Source of the DNA: Amphiscolops sp. MND2022
Taxonomy: Eukaryota
Reading direction: 5' to 3'
Assembly (NCBI GenBank): GCA_964187785.1
Contig: OZ076411.1
Span: 46,438,001-46,502,000, forward strand
DNA length: 64,000 bases
Part shown: one piece after another, positions 23,001 through 34,600 of the stretch
How positions within the stretch are numbered: position 1 is the stretch's first letter
How the letters are laid out: each line of letters starts with the position of its first letter
Position numbers and translations under genes: made by a program
The notes under the pieces: model-generated
Database searches by the model: none
What the model was told of the DNA's origin: nothing
The model's input: the letters and a program-made list of their open reading frames with translations, nothing else

Positions 23001-26000
23001 GGTCAAATTGTCCTAAAAAAGATAAGCATTAGGTTACAAAGACAGTTTATAAAATTCTAACCAAGTTGTATGCTACTTACGGTTAGATTGGCGGCGATAG
23101 TTCAAGCTATTATCCCACCAGTTATCACTGACAGTGTTAGTGGCATTGAAGTCTTTAGAACAGCCAGGCTCACCGGGGTCGTGTACATCGATATCTGTGA
23201 TTTCATTTGTCTTCCTATCTTCACTGGCTTTTCCAATCGTCTCTGATTCATTTGGTAACGCGTTATCACAAGCATCAGTTCCATCTGGCAAGTTTTCTGA
23301 ATAACCATTGAGATCTTCCTCTATTGTTGATGATCGATTTTCTTTGTTTGATTGATCAGGCTCTGCTTCTGCCTCAGGCAAATCGTGAACTTCGACTTCC
23401 AAAATGTCTCCATTCTGAGCTGAGCTTTTCGTCGTTTCAGTTTCTTCTACCGTTGTTGGGATTTTTCCGTTGGGAATAGTCTTTGAACTCACTTTTGGAC
23501 TCATCTTCACATCTTTTGTGCTACCTGTTTCACTGATTATGTCTTCATTTCCAATTAATGGTGCTGATTTTAGTGACGATTTATTGAAGGAGTCATGAGA
23601 AGTTTCATGGCATGGTTCCTGGTCGTCGTCTGTGTTCACTTTTTGTTTGTTTCTGGGCAATGTAGCTGTTTCCCAGGGTTCTTCCTCAGGTATAACACTT
23701 ATCCTGTTTTGCATCTTGATAGTACTTGGAGGCTCAGGCGCGGAAATATCAAAACTGTTAGCGTTCTGTATTTGTCTGTATTCTTCAATGCTACATAGTT
23801 TTCCCAGCAGGTTGAGCCTTTCAACGTACGACATCTTTATACCGTACACGTTCTTGAGTTTGTGGTGCCATTTTTTCTCCCAATAGAAGGAGACAACAAA
23901 GCGATGCCCGTCAATGCCGTCCAATTGGTAAACATTCATGGTGCCCTCGAACTTTTTCCATTCCCCGCCCATAACTTTTTTGTATTGCGTGATTGTCTCA
24001 ATACTGGCGACATGTTCGCTCTCGTCGAGAATGGAGGAGATCCGTTCATCTCTGACTAGATACACCAGAGTCCCGAGGATTTTGGAATTGGCGGTGCTCG
24101 GTCTGTAAAGCGTTGGAATAGCGTCGGCATCCTGGAACCGACTTGGTGACATTTGTATTCAGATAATTTCTCTATAACCCTATATTAACTGTGGCGTTTA
24201 TCTATAAGTTATATTCCTCGCAGTGGTATGCAAACTAGACTAGCGTGATAGTTTTGTATACCGGGCGGTTGCAAATGAAAGAAGGTCAATTAAGGATTCA
24301 AGCTAATGGATTCGCCCAGTTTCTATTGGCAATAAGCATGGATAAAAGAAGGTTCACTAGGTGTACATCTAATGTAGCTAGCGAAGCTCGGCATGGGCCA
24401 CGAGTTGACTAAGTTGTGTGAAAGTTAAGTTGCGGACTGTGCTATCTTTTACGAATGTGTTTTGCCATATTTGTATGTACTCAGACTGTTTGATTATGTT
24501 TAGCTGTTTTATTTAAGTTGCCCAAATGTTCGTAATGTTTGATTGTATCTTAATGATGTCTTAATGCTCTTAGTTGAACTGCTGCCTGCCAACTGAAAGC
24601 CGATTGTAGTCGATTGACGTCGTTTAATGTTCCGTGTAATCTATCTAATTTAGTCTCGTCAAAATGCATCCAAGAGCCCGCGTGATTTTCGAAGTTGCCC
24701 AGCGTTGCTTACCCAACCGATTAGGGCTTCTTTTATTAAAGATTTTATGAATGATCCTTCCTTGATTGATACTGGGTTCTTCAAAGCATTCTACCAATCT
24801 TTGCGACTACCGATGTGAAGTATTTGAATGCCAGGGCATCCATCATTGCCATGAGTTGAAGTAGACATTGAGAAATAGATCAATTTTGAGACCACTAATT
24901 CGGTTGGTGAAATAACTCAAATATACTTGCTGCAAATGAATGGTCGTTGCCTGACTTCGGAATAGATGAATAAGTTATTGGTAGTTTTTAAAACCTATTG
25001 TCGAATTTACCTTTAATTTAAACATGCTTGAAATGTATATGAATTCTTGAATGAAATCATGTTTAGATACCGCAGCGCCGACTGAAAATGCAGTTCCAAC
25101 AGCCATGGGTAACCCAGAGATGCTGAATGACAGTCCACCTTCTTTGCCTGAATCGCCCAGAATAGAGCCTCCTTCGGATTCTGAAATAACGTCGCCCCAG
25201 GACGAGGCGGACGACGATGATAGAGTTGTAGGTGGTGCATCTTTACCCGCTTTCAGACCTACTACTCCATCTAGCGAAGGGAGTGATGACGATATTCCTG
25301 AACCCACGAAGCCAGTATCAGAAGCAACACAGGCTCAGAAGAATCAGAGGATCTTCGATGACTCAGATTCCGATGATTCCTTGTTCGGCAACTCAACGAA
25401 AGTTGACAAACCGCAGTTAGTTTTCGTGCTACAAATTTTGAGTTGAGCATTCATTTCGAATCTTCCGTCATAGTGTAAAATATATTCCTTTTTCTTTCAG
25501 AAATGCCCCAGCCAGAGCACCAAGTACAAACTCCACAGCATCGAAAGTTAGTTTTTACGGTTGGAAGAAATAACGCCAAAGACTGCTTATTGGCTTTAAT
25601 GTCTAAAGAAGTCCTTCAACCAATTGATCTAAGTGAAAACCGAATGTAAATTTATTGTATACATTTGTCATATGAATCGACCTTCCCCCTTCCGGGCAGC
25701 GTCGCTTCGCTTCTGCGTTTAGGTCACTAAATGTATGTGATAAAGATTGTTTTCTTCGGACGTTATTTTACCATTCTGTTTTTAGTCGGCGCTTTTGAAG
25801 AAAAGTGCCCGACTCTTACAGTAGGTAGTTTTTTAGACGCGTAAAGTCCACATTTTTGTTCAACTTGAACTATGCATGTCCAAAACCTACTGAAAATGTC
25901 AGAACCTCGTGCAAAACAAAGCCGACGTCCAGAACCTCTAAAACATACTAAGGATCCAAACTTTGGCTATCTTAGTGTTTTTACACTTGCGATAAGCAAG

Positions 26001-29000
26001 TGTTATGGGAAAGTGCGGGTGTTTTTTTTCCGCGCGACAACTCTCTCGTTTCAGACCGCAAGTCGCATAGTCTGAATTTGTGGCCGTGCCAACTTCTGGC
26101 AGTTGGCCAACTTCCAGCCCTTGTCGCAACTTCTGGCACTTGGCATAGAGGTTAATTAGGATTGTTTGAGGTCTGCCAAGCAGAAGGACGTGGGTTCGAG
26201 TCTCGCCCTTGACCAAAATTTTTTGTGCATGTTATTTCGGCTTTGTGACTTTTTTTCGCAATTTTTTTTCATGTCATCAAAGAGACCTCCCTTCATTTTT
26301 TTGGTATTTTGCAACAGAACGAATGTTTAAAAATCCCAAAGGGTCCCTTCTTTCAGATTTTTCGGCACTATGAGACTGTTGAAATTTCTCATTTTTTGTT
26401 ATTTTTTGCAAAATTTTTCAAGTCTCGCTTCAATTTTTTGAAATTTTGCAACAGAATGGATGTTAAAAAAATCTCAAAGTGCCCCCTTTCACAGTTTTCG
26501 GTATTGTGAGATTTTTCAAATCGAATAATTTTTGTCTTAAAATTAGGTTTTCTCAGGCCCAGCACGCTATATCCGATTTTTGTTTTTTTTTATTAAAGAC
26601 CGCTGTTTTTTCTATGCGACTTTTTTTCTAACTTGTTTTCATCTAAGCCCCTTCAATTTTTACTAGAAACGAAACGTTTTGCGAGCATAAAGCACTGCTC
26701 AAGGTTTTCGGCACTACGCGACTTGCCGGAGACCTTCATCAAAAAATTTTCGAAAAATTTCGAAAAAATTTTTTTCCTCAATTTTCTGTTTTTTAAAGGT
26801 TTACAGTTGAGAAAGATGGGTTTTCTGTTGTTTCCAGTTGGAGAAGAATTGTTTTCGAGATTTATGGGTATCCCTTCGGAATTTTTCGGCGCTGTAAAAT
26901 TGATGAAATTTTAACAATTATGTCCTTTTACCCTTGGCTCTCCGTATGATATTGCTTATTTGGGTTTCTTCAAAAGTTCGCAACTTTCTTCGCAAGTGTT
27001 TGCGAAGCACGGCTTCGCCTCTGTGTTAACTTAGATTTTTTCGGTACTATGAGACTTTCTTCCGAAATATTTTTGATTACACCAAAGGGTCCCCCTTCAA
27101 TTGTTTCGATTATTTGGAACATAATGGATGTTAAGAAATCCCAAAGGGTCCCCTTTACATTTTTCGGCACTGTGACACTTCAAAAATCTCATTTTTGTCG
27201 AAAATTTTAAATGTCTCCTAAGGGTCCCTACTTCAATTTTTTCTCATTATTTGCAACAAACTGGAGTTTCAAAGAGCCCAAAGGGTCCCCCTTCACAATT
27301 TAAAAACTTTGCGCTTTTTGAGCCTTAGATATAGCGCCGACTTTGGCCGTTCCCGGCTCGTTATTCGGTGCTTTTAGTTAACTAAAATTGTCAGACTATT
27401 ACAGTCACTTTTTTAAAACACACGAATGCGACGAAACAGATACGGTGATCGATAAAGAATCTTCTAGTCAAAAAGCTAAAGTTTACTAACAGGCTAAAGG
27501 GTTCTCCTTTTAAATTTTCCTCGTCTTTACATCACTCACAACAACAAATGTGCAGAGGTTCTCATTTTAATTTGAAAAATTTTCCATCTCTCCAAAGGGT
27601 TTCCTCTATGACTTTTACTGAAAATTTTCAAATTTCACATAAGGGTCACCCTTTGTTTTTTATTTTCAGTCAGGAAAAAGTCTTTTTAAGCCCAAAGGGT
27701 GTTTTTCGGCATGTGAGATTTTTCATACGGGGCGCCGACTTCTCGTCCTGTTTAAGATTGTAGGATATTCATTTCAATTATGAATATTTATACCTCATAG
27801 TGATTCGTAGAATTTGATACAACCTCATTTTGAAAATTTCATTGACTTCCTCAAATTGAAATTTGATTGTATTAGCTTCATTTGCTCATTTGAGAACCTC
27901 TAACAAAAAATTCAGAGAGGAAATTTTGGGAGATGTGGGAAATCACCAGTAATTGTTATCTCGATAATCAGTTTTGTTCCGTTCAATTTATAAATTTATA
28001 AATACGTCAGGGAGTCAATATTAGTATAAGGTTTGTGTGAGTATCCCGGATTGGCATAGAGAGGGGTATGGGGGCTGTCAAAGCTAACAGGCTGTGGCGC
28101 AGTCGAACCTTGGGGGTTCTCGGAATTAGCGAAGAGAAACAGAGGTTTGTGCCATAGCTTTTGTTTATCTAGTCTCAATGATGAAGTTGCTAAGATGATA
28201 TAAGCCGCTTTATAAGGTCTTTTGAAGTTCTAGAAGTTCTCATTTCTAGCTCAGGTTGTAATCAGAAAGACCCCTTTATCTAGTGTTAATTTCCCGGGTT
28301 TCCCTCCCATACAAAAACAGGTCAATCATACTCTGCCATCATACTTACAGTATGATTCCAGGCTGATCATACTCTGGACCATAATGGTTTATGGTTACAG
28401 GCTGACCATACTCTGGACATATATGGTCCAGTCTATGATCAGCCTGGAACCATAAAAAAGCAAAGTTTATGGTTACAGCCTGACCATATTCTGGGCCATA
28501 TATGGTTCAGTCTATGATCAGCCTGGAACCATAAACTTTTATGGCCCAGAGTATGGTCAGCCTGGAGCCATAAAAAGAAAATTAGGATAATGTAGTCAAT
28601 TAACACGTACACTGATGAAATTACAAGATATTCCTCAACAAAAGGTCCAATACAATCACCAAACTGAAAACAAGGTAGCAATCATCAGTTTTGGGCATCT
28701 TTTGCTGAATTATTGGTAATTTTTCTCGAACTAATCGAAAATCACACTGCAAAGTGGGTACTGCTATAACAAAAGAGTCAGTTATTAACAAATGAGTGGC
28801 TGAGAACAAATTGAGTTACTATAGTTTGTTTTTAACTCCGCTAAGAGCTTAACGGAGTTCTGACCTGCAATGTATCGTTCGCAGATACAAAAGGTCGAAT
28901 GTGGCTCCATTGCCCTCAGCCTATAAAGCTGACTGTTCTCAATATTTGAAAATTTTTGTTTGAAAATTAAAAAAATATATATTAAAAAAATATGATTCCA

Positions 29001-29388
29001 GGCTGACCATACTCTGAACCATATATGATTCCAGGCCGATCATACTCTGGATCATATATGATTCCAGGCCGATCATACTCTGGACCATATATGATTCCAG
29101 GCCGATCATAGTAAGGAAATTTGTATGATTTCTATTGTGCCATAATATGGTCAGATTATGATCGGCCTGGTCGGGAAACCCGGGTTAGGTTTTCCCCTGC
29201 CTCAAAATTAAAAAGTTCATTTTTAGAACTTCCATTTATTGACACCTTCTACCTTCGAGCTGTTTCAAATATTTCTGTTTTCCTTGTAGGATGATGTGAA
29301 AAGTGCCAAGAAAGAAGCAAGTGCTCCTGAAAAGAAAACTACGTCGCTCTTCCCAAGTGACGACGAAGATTTAGATTGGCTCAAATAA
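8090..29388 (+). CDS. FKBP15: FK506-binding protein 15 (FKBP133/WAFL) orthologue, 5'-partial, 1171 aa modelled
   Basis: GT-AG exons, phase-consistent: 8090-8329, 8780-8923, 9222-9515, 13395-13449, 13772-14199, 14275-14421, 14659-14881, 15817-16037, 16300-16500, 17410-17505, 17597-17695, 17954-18061, 21137-21902, 25067-25415, 25501-25546, 29290-29388 (3516 nt). FKBP domain (KKFDSN...GLKDGLVGM...ILVPPKLAYG...PPNSYLIYE), AKILQRTAKLGQAVLP, NIQRIVQENQRLK coiled coil, VKKIMNTIYQ, and C-terminal DDEDLDWLK-stop all match FKBP15 as I recall it. N-terminal exons not located. Confidence 0.93.
14951..15761 (-). mobile_element. Helentron-like repeat, near full length, in FKBP15 intron
   Basis: TTTTTAGTCGGCG at the left end, GCGCCGACTTATGCCGTTCC...GGCTTGT at the right end, internal AAGGGTCCC motifs. 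Confidence 0.7.
18238..18801 (-). mobile_element. Helentron-like repeat
   Basis: tagtcggcgcttc...gcgccgatattgtccgttcccggctttgttt termini; four aagggtcccc motifs. Confidence 0.75.
19085..20148 (+). mobile_element. Two head-to-tail Helentron-like copies (about 19085-19460 truncated; 19463-20104 full) plus a duplicated 3' hairpin (20105-20148)
   Basis: AACAAGCCGGGACCGGCCC.AGTCGGCGCCATAT occurs twice; 3' TAGTCGCGTTTC...GAAGCGCCGACTAAAAA. Confidence 0.75.
20399..20812 (-). mobile_element. Helentron-like repeat, inverted relative to the 19463-20104 copy
   Basis: tagtcggcgcttcattaagtgaaacgcgactatt is the reverse complement of the 20067-20100 end. Confidence 0.75.
22402..24152 (-). CDS. Orphan two-exon gene, 560 aa, nested antisense in FKBP15 intron 21903-25066
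   Basis: Exon 1 24152-23081 and exon 2 23012-22402 are joined by a 68-nt phase-1 GTAAGT...TTTTTTAG intron that fuses the 359-aa and 183-aa ORFs in frame (1683 nt, no internal stop). Confidence 0.75.
25783..27362 (-). mobile_element. Compound Helentron-like repeat array (two or more joined copies)
   Basis: Left tttagtcggcgcttttgaag, right gcgccgactttggccgttcccggctcgtt, many aagggtccc motifs. Confidence 0.7.
27548..27755 (-). mobile_element. Degenerate Helentron-like 5' fragment
   Basis: ggggcgccgacttctcgtcctgttt terminus. Confidence 0.5.
28293..29184. mobile_element. Foldback/MITE with 12-bp TIR and 33-bp subterminal minisatellites
   Basis: CCCGGGTTTCCC at 28293 and GGGAAACCCGGG ending 29184. 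Unit atatatgattccaggccgatcatactctggacc about 3.7x at 28990-29110, and in both orientations at 28350-28570. Confidence 0.7.
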
Positions 29389-30179
29389 CTCAAATACCTT
29401 CATCCCTTCTCATTCCAAAGAGAATCGCTTATTATAATATATAGTATATTTTGTCTTATAATTGCTCAATTTCTCCTATACTGTATCTATCAGTGGATAT
29501 TTTTAATATTTCTGCTTTAGCAGGAATGTTATTGTAACCTCAAAGTTGGTCCTTTTTTTTTCAGTCGTCAAATTTCGTCCTACTGAATAATTCAGATATT
29601 TTGTTCGGCAGTGAGTGTAAGCGTGGGAAAGCTGCCGACAACAATTCAATTCTAGTGCGATAGAACGAGCGAGTGGTAATTATCCATTCGTATGCTGACG
29701 TCATTGAGATGAAGCGAATGAGTGTTAATTATTCGTTCGTTGAGAGCTTCGCCTGCATTCAAATGCGAATGCGAAACTTCGTCTACGCTTAGTTATATTT
29801 TCTTTAGTCCGAGAAGAATTAAAGGCGGTGTAAACTTGTACAGTGATTAATTGTGCTCTAAGTAATGATTAAACAGGAGTGTATTGGTATTCCAGATATG
29901 ATTCTTTTATTAATGATTTTTTGTTTTAAAAAAATAAAGATTAAAGCAGAAATAGTACTGAGCCCCGGAGGGGCCTATTTTGGATATTTGCTCCATTTCT
30001 ACTCAGATTTCCTTGGTTTACAATCTCAAATTGTTTAGAACAGAGTCCTCATCTATAGACTGTGAAATCTTATTCTTCTAATGAAAATTTTCTCCCACAA
30101 TCTTTAGTAATAGTTTTGAAAAGCGGCCGCGAAACTAAAGTTTGTTTGACAAAGCCCGTCGACAGAGATCTGAAAGTTT

Positions 30180-30745
30180 TGTTTTGAATCTCAGTGCGAG
30201 GATAATTGAAGAAACTAGAGAGAAGAACAGGTGAGTTGCAGCAATTCTGGAATTGAAACTGCGAACAAAGACTGTCTTCTGGGCCTTAATTGCAAATTCT
30301 CCTCCGGTGCAGTATTCAACCAGATTGAATGGCCTGGTCTGAATTAACAGGGACTGTGAGTCTTTGTGTCGCTTTTGCTATCGACTTTTGTGCACAAGCA
30401 ACGAGGGACAGATTGTCGATGGCTCTTCTCACCTGCTTCAAAGGCAATTGTATTCCCAACTTCATCAATAAATTTCTTTGCTAACTCTAAATTCCCCATT
30501 TGAATGACGCGCAACTGGAAATAGGTGTGAACAGTCCGGTCTCTGTTTGCTTTGTCACTTTTCAAAAGCACCTTTCCATTGCACCAGTCAACGTTTGTTG
30601 GTCCAGGAAAACAATTATTATTCCTGTTATCGATTTTTACACTTGCTTTTGCACCGACTCTTGAAATTCGTAGATCATGCAGACAGTGCAAAAGTAATTT
30701 CTTCTAGCCTGACTGAAGATGGCATCGTTGGGACATGCTGTAAAT
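30180..30745 (-). pseudogene. Possible broken cysteine-rich secreted-protein gene (Ly6/uPAR-like?)
   Basis: NYFCTVCMIYEF, NNNCFPGPTNVDWCNGK and RCLC...SPC lie in different frames with AG/GT sites; I found no consistent open model. Confidence 0.25.
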
Positions 30746-31639
30746 CACAATAATACCAAAGGGTCAATACCTACAATGACTGAATGATACCAACACTGTA
30801 TGGAATAAGTGATACACCATTGACTTCCGGTCACAATTTAGCTACCAACTTTAAAAATGAAAAAAAACTTTCTGATAGGAAAATTGGATTGACAGATTAG
30901 ATTGTAGATACACCTCGACATTGAGTTCAGTTGATTACCTTTTTTGAAATTGAGCTTTTTCAAACATTTTATTAATTTATTCAAAACGATACATTGACGG
31001 AATCGAATTGCGCCTATTTTAAGCAAAAGTCCCTTTTGCATCCTGGAAGTCGAAAAATCTGCAAGTGAAGAAATTTTCAGTCCTCCACGAAAACATTCAA
31101 GGCATTACAAAGTGAAAAAAATAGCTGTATTTTTCAGCACGTAGTTTTTTGATACAAAATTGCGATCAATTTAAAATCTAAGTTGCAAAATTCGAAAACT
31201 ACCGTGGCGCTTTCCAATTATTAATATACTCCAAGCCGATGTAAAAACTGACACAGGAGTACTTTCGATAAACTGACTAAACTAGTTCGTGAACTTGAAA
31301 ACTCGCTGGTTTAATGGTACGCTATGAACGTTTGAACTGAATGATCCAAAATACGACACGGGATGTGAAATCATTTCAAGTGAGGCTTTCATAGAAGTAC
31401 ATTGAAACAAGAGTTTGATTTTTTTTACTTGGAATAGAATTCATATTTTATACGCCAATTTGATTTCGAAGATGATTTTGCCCAACCAACGGAGAAAAAC
31501 GTCAAAATTTAAAAATGTATTCATATCTATGTATTGATCAATTAGTCTCCTAACATTTCATCGTTAAATTTCGAATAAATTGTCATTCATCTCATTTTAT
31601 AAATGAGAACGATACTGATTATCGTTTTGACATTTCTGT

Positions 31640-34600
31640 TTAATATTCTCTTGGCGTGTTGGCTGCAATGACGAAGCATCCCAGGAGAAACACCAAAATC
31701 TGAAACAAATCAAACTCTTCATTCTATATACAGCAACGACAATCATCTGTTGACCTCCAAGTCGACTACCAAATGGCACAATTCAAATGCATTATCCTTG
31801 ATCTTGTGGATAGATATGTTCGTTTGAGCTGAGTCAGCAACAGTAAAGTGATTATCTCAGACAGTCTTATCATCTCAAACCGTTCTCATGCAAGATGAAA
31901 GGACTTCTTGTGAAGTACAAGATGAAAGAAAATCAACATATCAACAAGAACAAATCAGTAACGATTGGAGTTGGGATAAAATTCCGGCATCAAGGAATTT
32001 AGGAGTTTCAAAGTAGCAGACAATTAATTGGTTTTTGAACCGAAAAACGTAAAACGTAGAGATCCATGGGAATGACAAGATGCTCGGAATGGGCAATAAT
32101 TTTGATATCTCAAATGAGTGGTAGATGAAATTGACTTACCAGTACACTCTCGACAACCACGGCGACGCTACCCAGCAGCGACATGTTAGCAAACAACATG
32201 CTCCTCATCCTCCGATAACATCCCTACAATGTACGAAGCCTCAAATTTGATATGTTGACTTAATAAAGTAAGATTGGCGTAAATTATACACTAGCTGCCT
32301 TCTGAGAATCTTTATCAACGGAAAATAATTCCACACCTGACTATCGACAGAGAAACACTCACATGCTGAAAATTTTAGCTGTGTAATCTTTGAAGCTCTA
32401 TAAATAGACCTTTTCAACAGAATATACCGCGAGAAATACAATAAGCAAATCTCGAAATTCTTCAGGCCTCACATGACTCAAAAAATTGAAAGTGTTTCAA
32501 AGTGTTTAGTATATAAATTGCTGAGGTCTGAAGGAAAACAAACATGAACCTGTAAATCCAAGAGTCGAACTGGTTTTCAAATTCGACAATTTCGTAACGT
32601 ATCCTGGAAATTTCCCTGATCACAGAGCTCCAAACAACTTATATTCGCAACGAGCGACAAAAATAAAGGACAAAAGTCTATTACTGAAATACAAGAATAT
32701 CCCCAAAAATGAGCCTGAAGTATTTATTAGGAAGCATTTTAGGTTCCCGTATATATCGTATTCGTTGAATAAAACTTGTTTCGTGCAAATTTGAGGGAAT
32801 TCGGGCGCCGATTTTTGACGCCGATTACTTTCACTAATGGCTTTGGAAAAAAATGGAAGGGCCTAGAATTTTTTGACCAATTCTGAGTCTAAGTTGTTTT
32901 TTGGATTTTTTTGGTAACTTGGACTCATTGGAAAAATCCAAGAAAAGCAACTAAAACAGCGAAAAAACTTTGTAATTGCTTGAAGAGACAAAACGGACAT
33001 TTTCGGGTCGTTTTGGCACTGCCCAACTTTCATGGACAAATTCCATTCCATCAAATAGTCTTTTTGAAGTTTTCAAATGATGGCTTCGCTTAGAAAAAAG
33101 TGTTTCCATACCTGGATGGCCCCCATTTCGGTTTTTTTATCAGATAGTATCGATTTTTTTTTCAAAATGAAGTATAGAACACCGTTTCTTGCATCACCGT
33201 CTATCTCAAAAAAAATACTGCACCTAAAAATTTGACCTTCTATCAGTTCAATCAGACCTAGTACCTGAATTGTCTCAAGTATTGCCAAGAAAAGAAAAGT
33301 TTTAGCGTTTTTTGTCACTCTGCGACTATAAAGTCAACGAAAGTTATTTTTCACCACTTGAGTTTTTTTAATATCACGAGTTTAGGATTGTCCTAACTTT
33401 GAGTTGGTCTCGAATTTCAAGTGCATCCAGGGGTGCAAATGAATTCCAATTGATTCGTCTACAATTTGAACCAATTCAAAAATCGAAATGATATGAAGAG
33501 TCTTTCGGGTTATTTTTTCCGAAATGATGGAGATTTTTGAATTTTCTCCTATTTGCGGGGGTCTTTTCTGTTTCTTTTTTCTTCTAATTTTCCTAATTAG
33601 AAAACGAGTTTTTCAAGCATAAAGCGTCCCTTTATTTCTTTTTAAGCACTGCAACTTTTTCCATTTTGTGCAATTTTGTTTTCTCGTTTCGTGACTTTTG
33701 TAATGTTTCAGGTAAGGGAACAGTAGTAGACCACTTTTGTAGCCCGGAAGCTTCCTTCTTCAAGTTGTTTCGGTATTGTTCATTTTTCCGAATCCGTTTT
33801 CTTCCAATTAGCATCTAATCAGTATCGGCCTTATGTATATTTTTGGAATCGAACTAAAATTATCATCTGATGAAATATTTCGATGAAAAATTCATCACTC
33901 CGATTGTTGGCGTTTCATCCAAATTTTTTCCATTGTTGAATCTTGGATATTAGCAATCAGAGTATGGTTTGAAACTGACCAGTGTTGATGGTTTATCTTT
34001 CTCAGGTTAGAACAACATTTTAGGGTTTTCTGTTAGAGCATGAAAACATAAAAATGCCCTATATCCTGCTTTAGTCGGCGCATTTCAGCAGAAAATGAGG
34101 GCGACTTACAGTGGAAAGTTTTTCTCTTTTTGTCAGATAACAAAATGTATGCTTAATGGACACGTTTTTCAGAAACTATTAAACTACTGAATCAGCCAAG
34201 TCCGGCCATGTGAACAAATTATGAACGTCTGTAGAGTAAAACCGTGAGGTTATAGCTGAATATTCGGATATAGCGCATTTCTTCGGCTATACCGTCTATA
34301 TAGTAAAATTGTCCGGATGTAACTTCAAAAATTTGGATACAACGAGTTCTTCTGATATACCATTTAAAAATAAGTTTTCTCTTGAGAGAACAGAATGTAT
34401 GCGAATGGACCACCCAATAGCCATGCGTGATTCCCAAGCAGTCGGTCGTCGGTTTGATGTCTGCCTACCAATATATATCTTTGTTTACAAACCTTTTACG
34501 CGTCAAAGGGTCCCCCTTTTGTGTTTTTTTTTCGGCATTTTGCGATTTTGTTTTGGAAAGTTTTCATTTACCTGAAAAGCCTCCTGTCGGTTTTCTCGTA

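Noticed and set aside
26133-26215. Functional tRNA gene
   Set aside because: A and B boxes are present but I could not fold acceptor or anticodon stems; treated as a SINE-like remnant.
28990-29110. 33-bp repeats as a CRISPR array
   Set aside because: Contiguous tandem units with no unique spacers, no cas genes, eukaryotic intron context.
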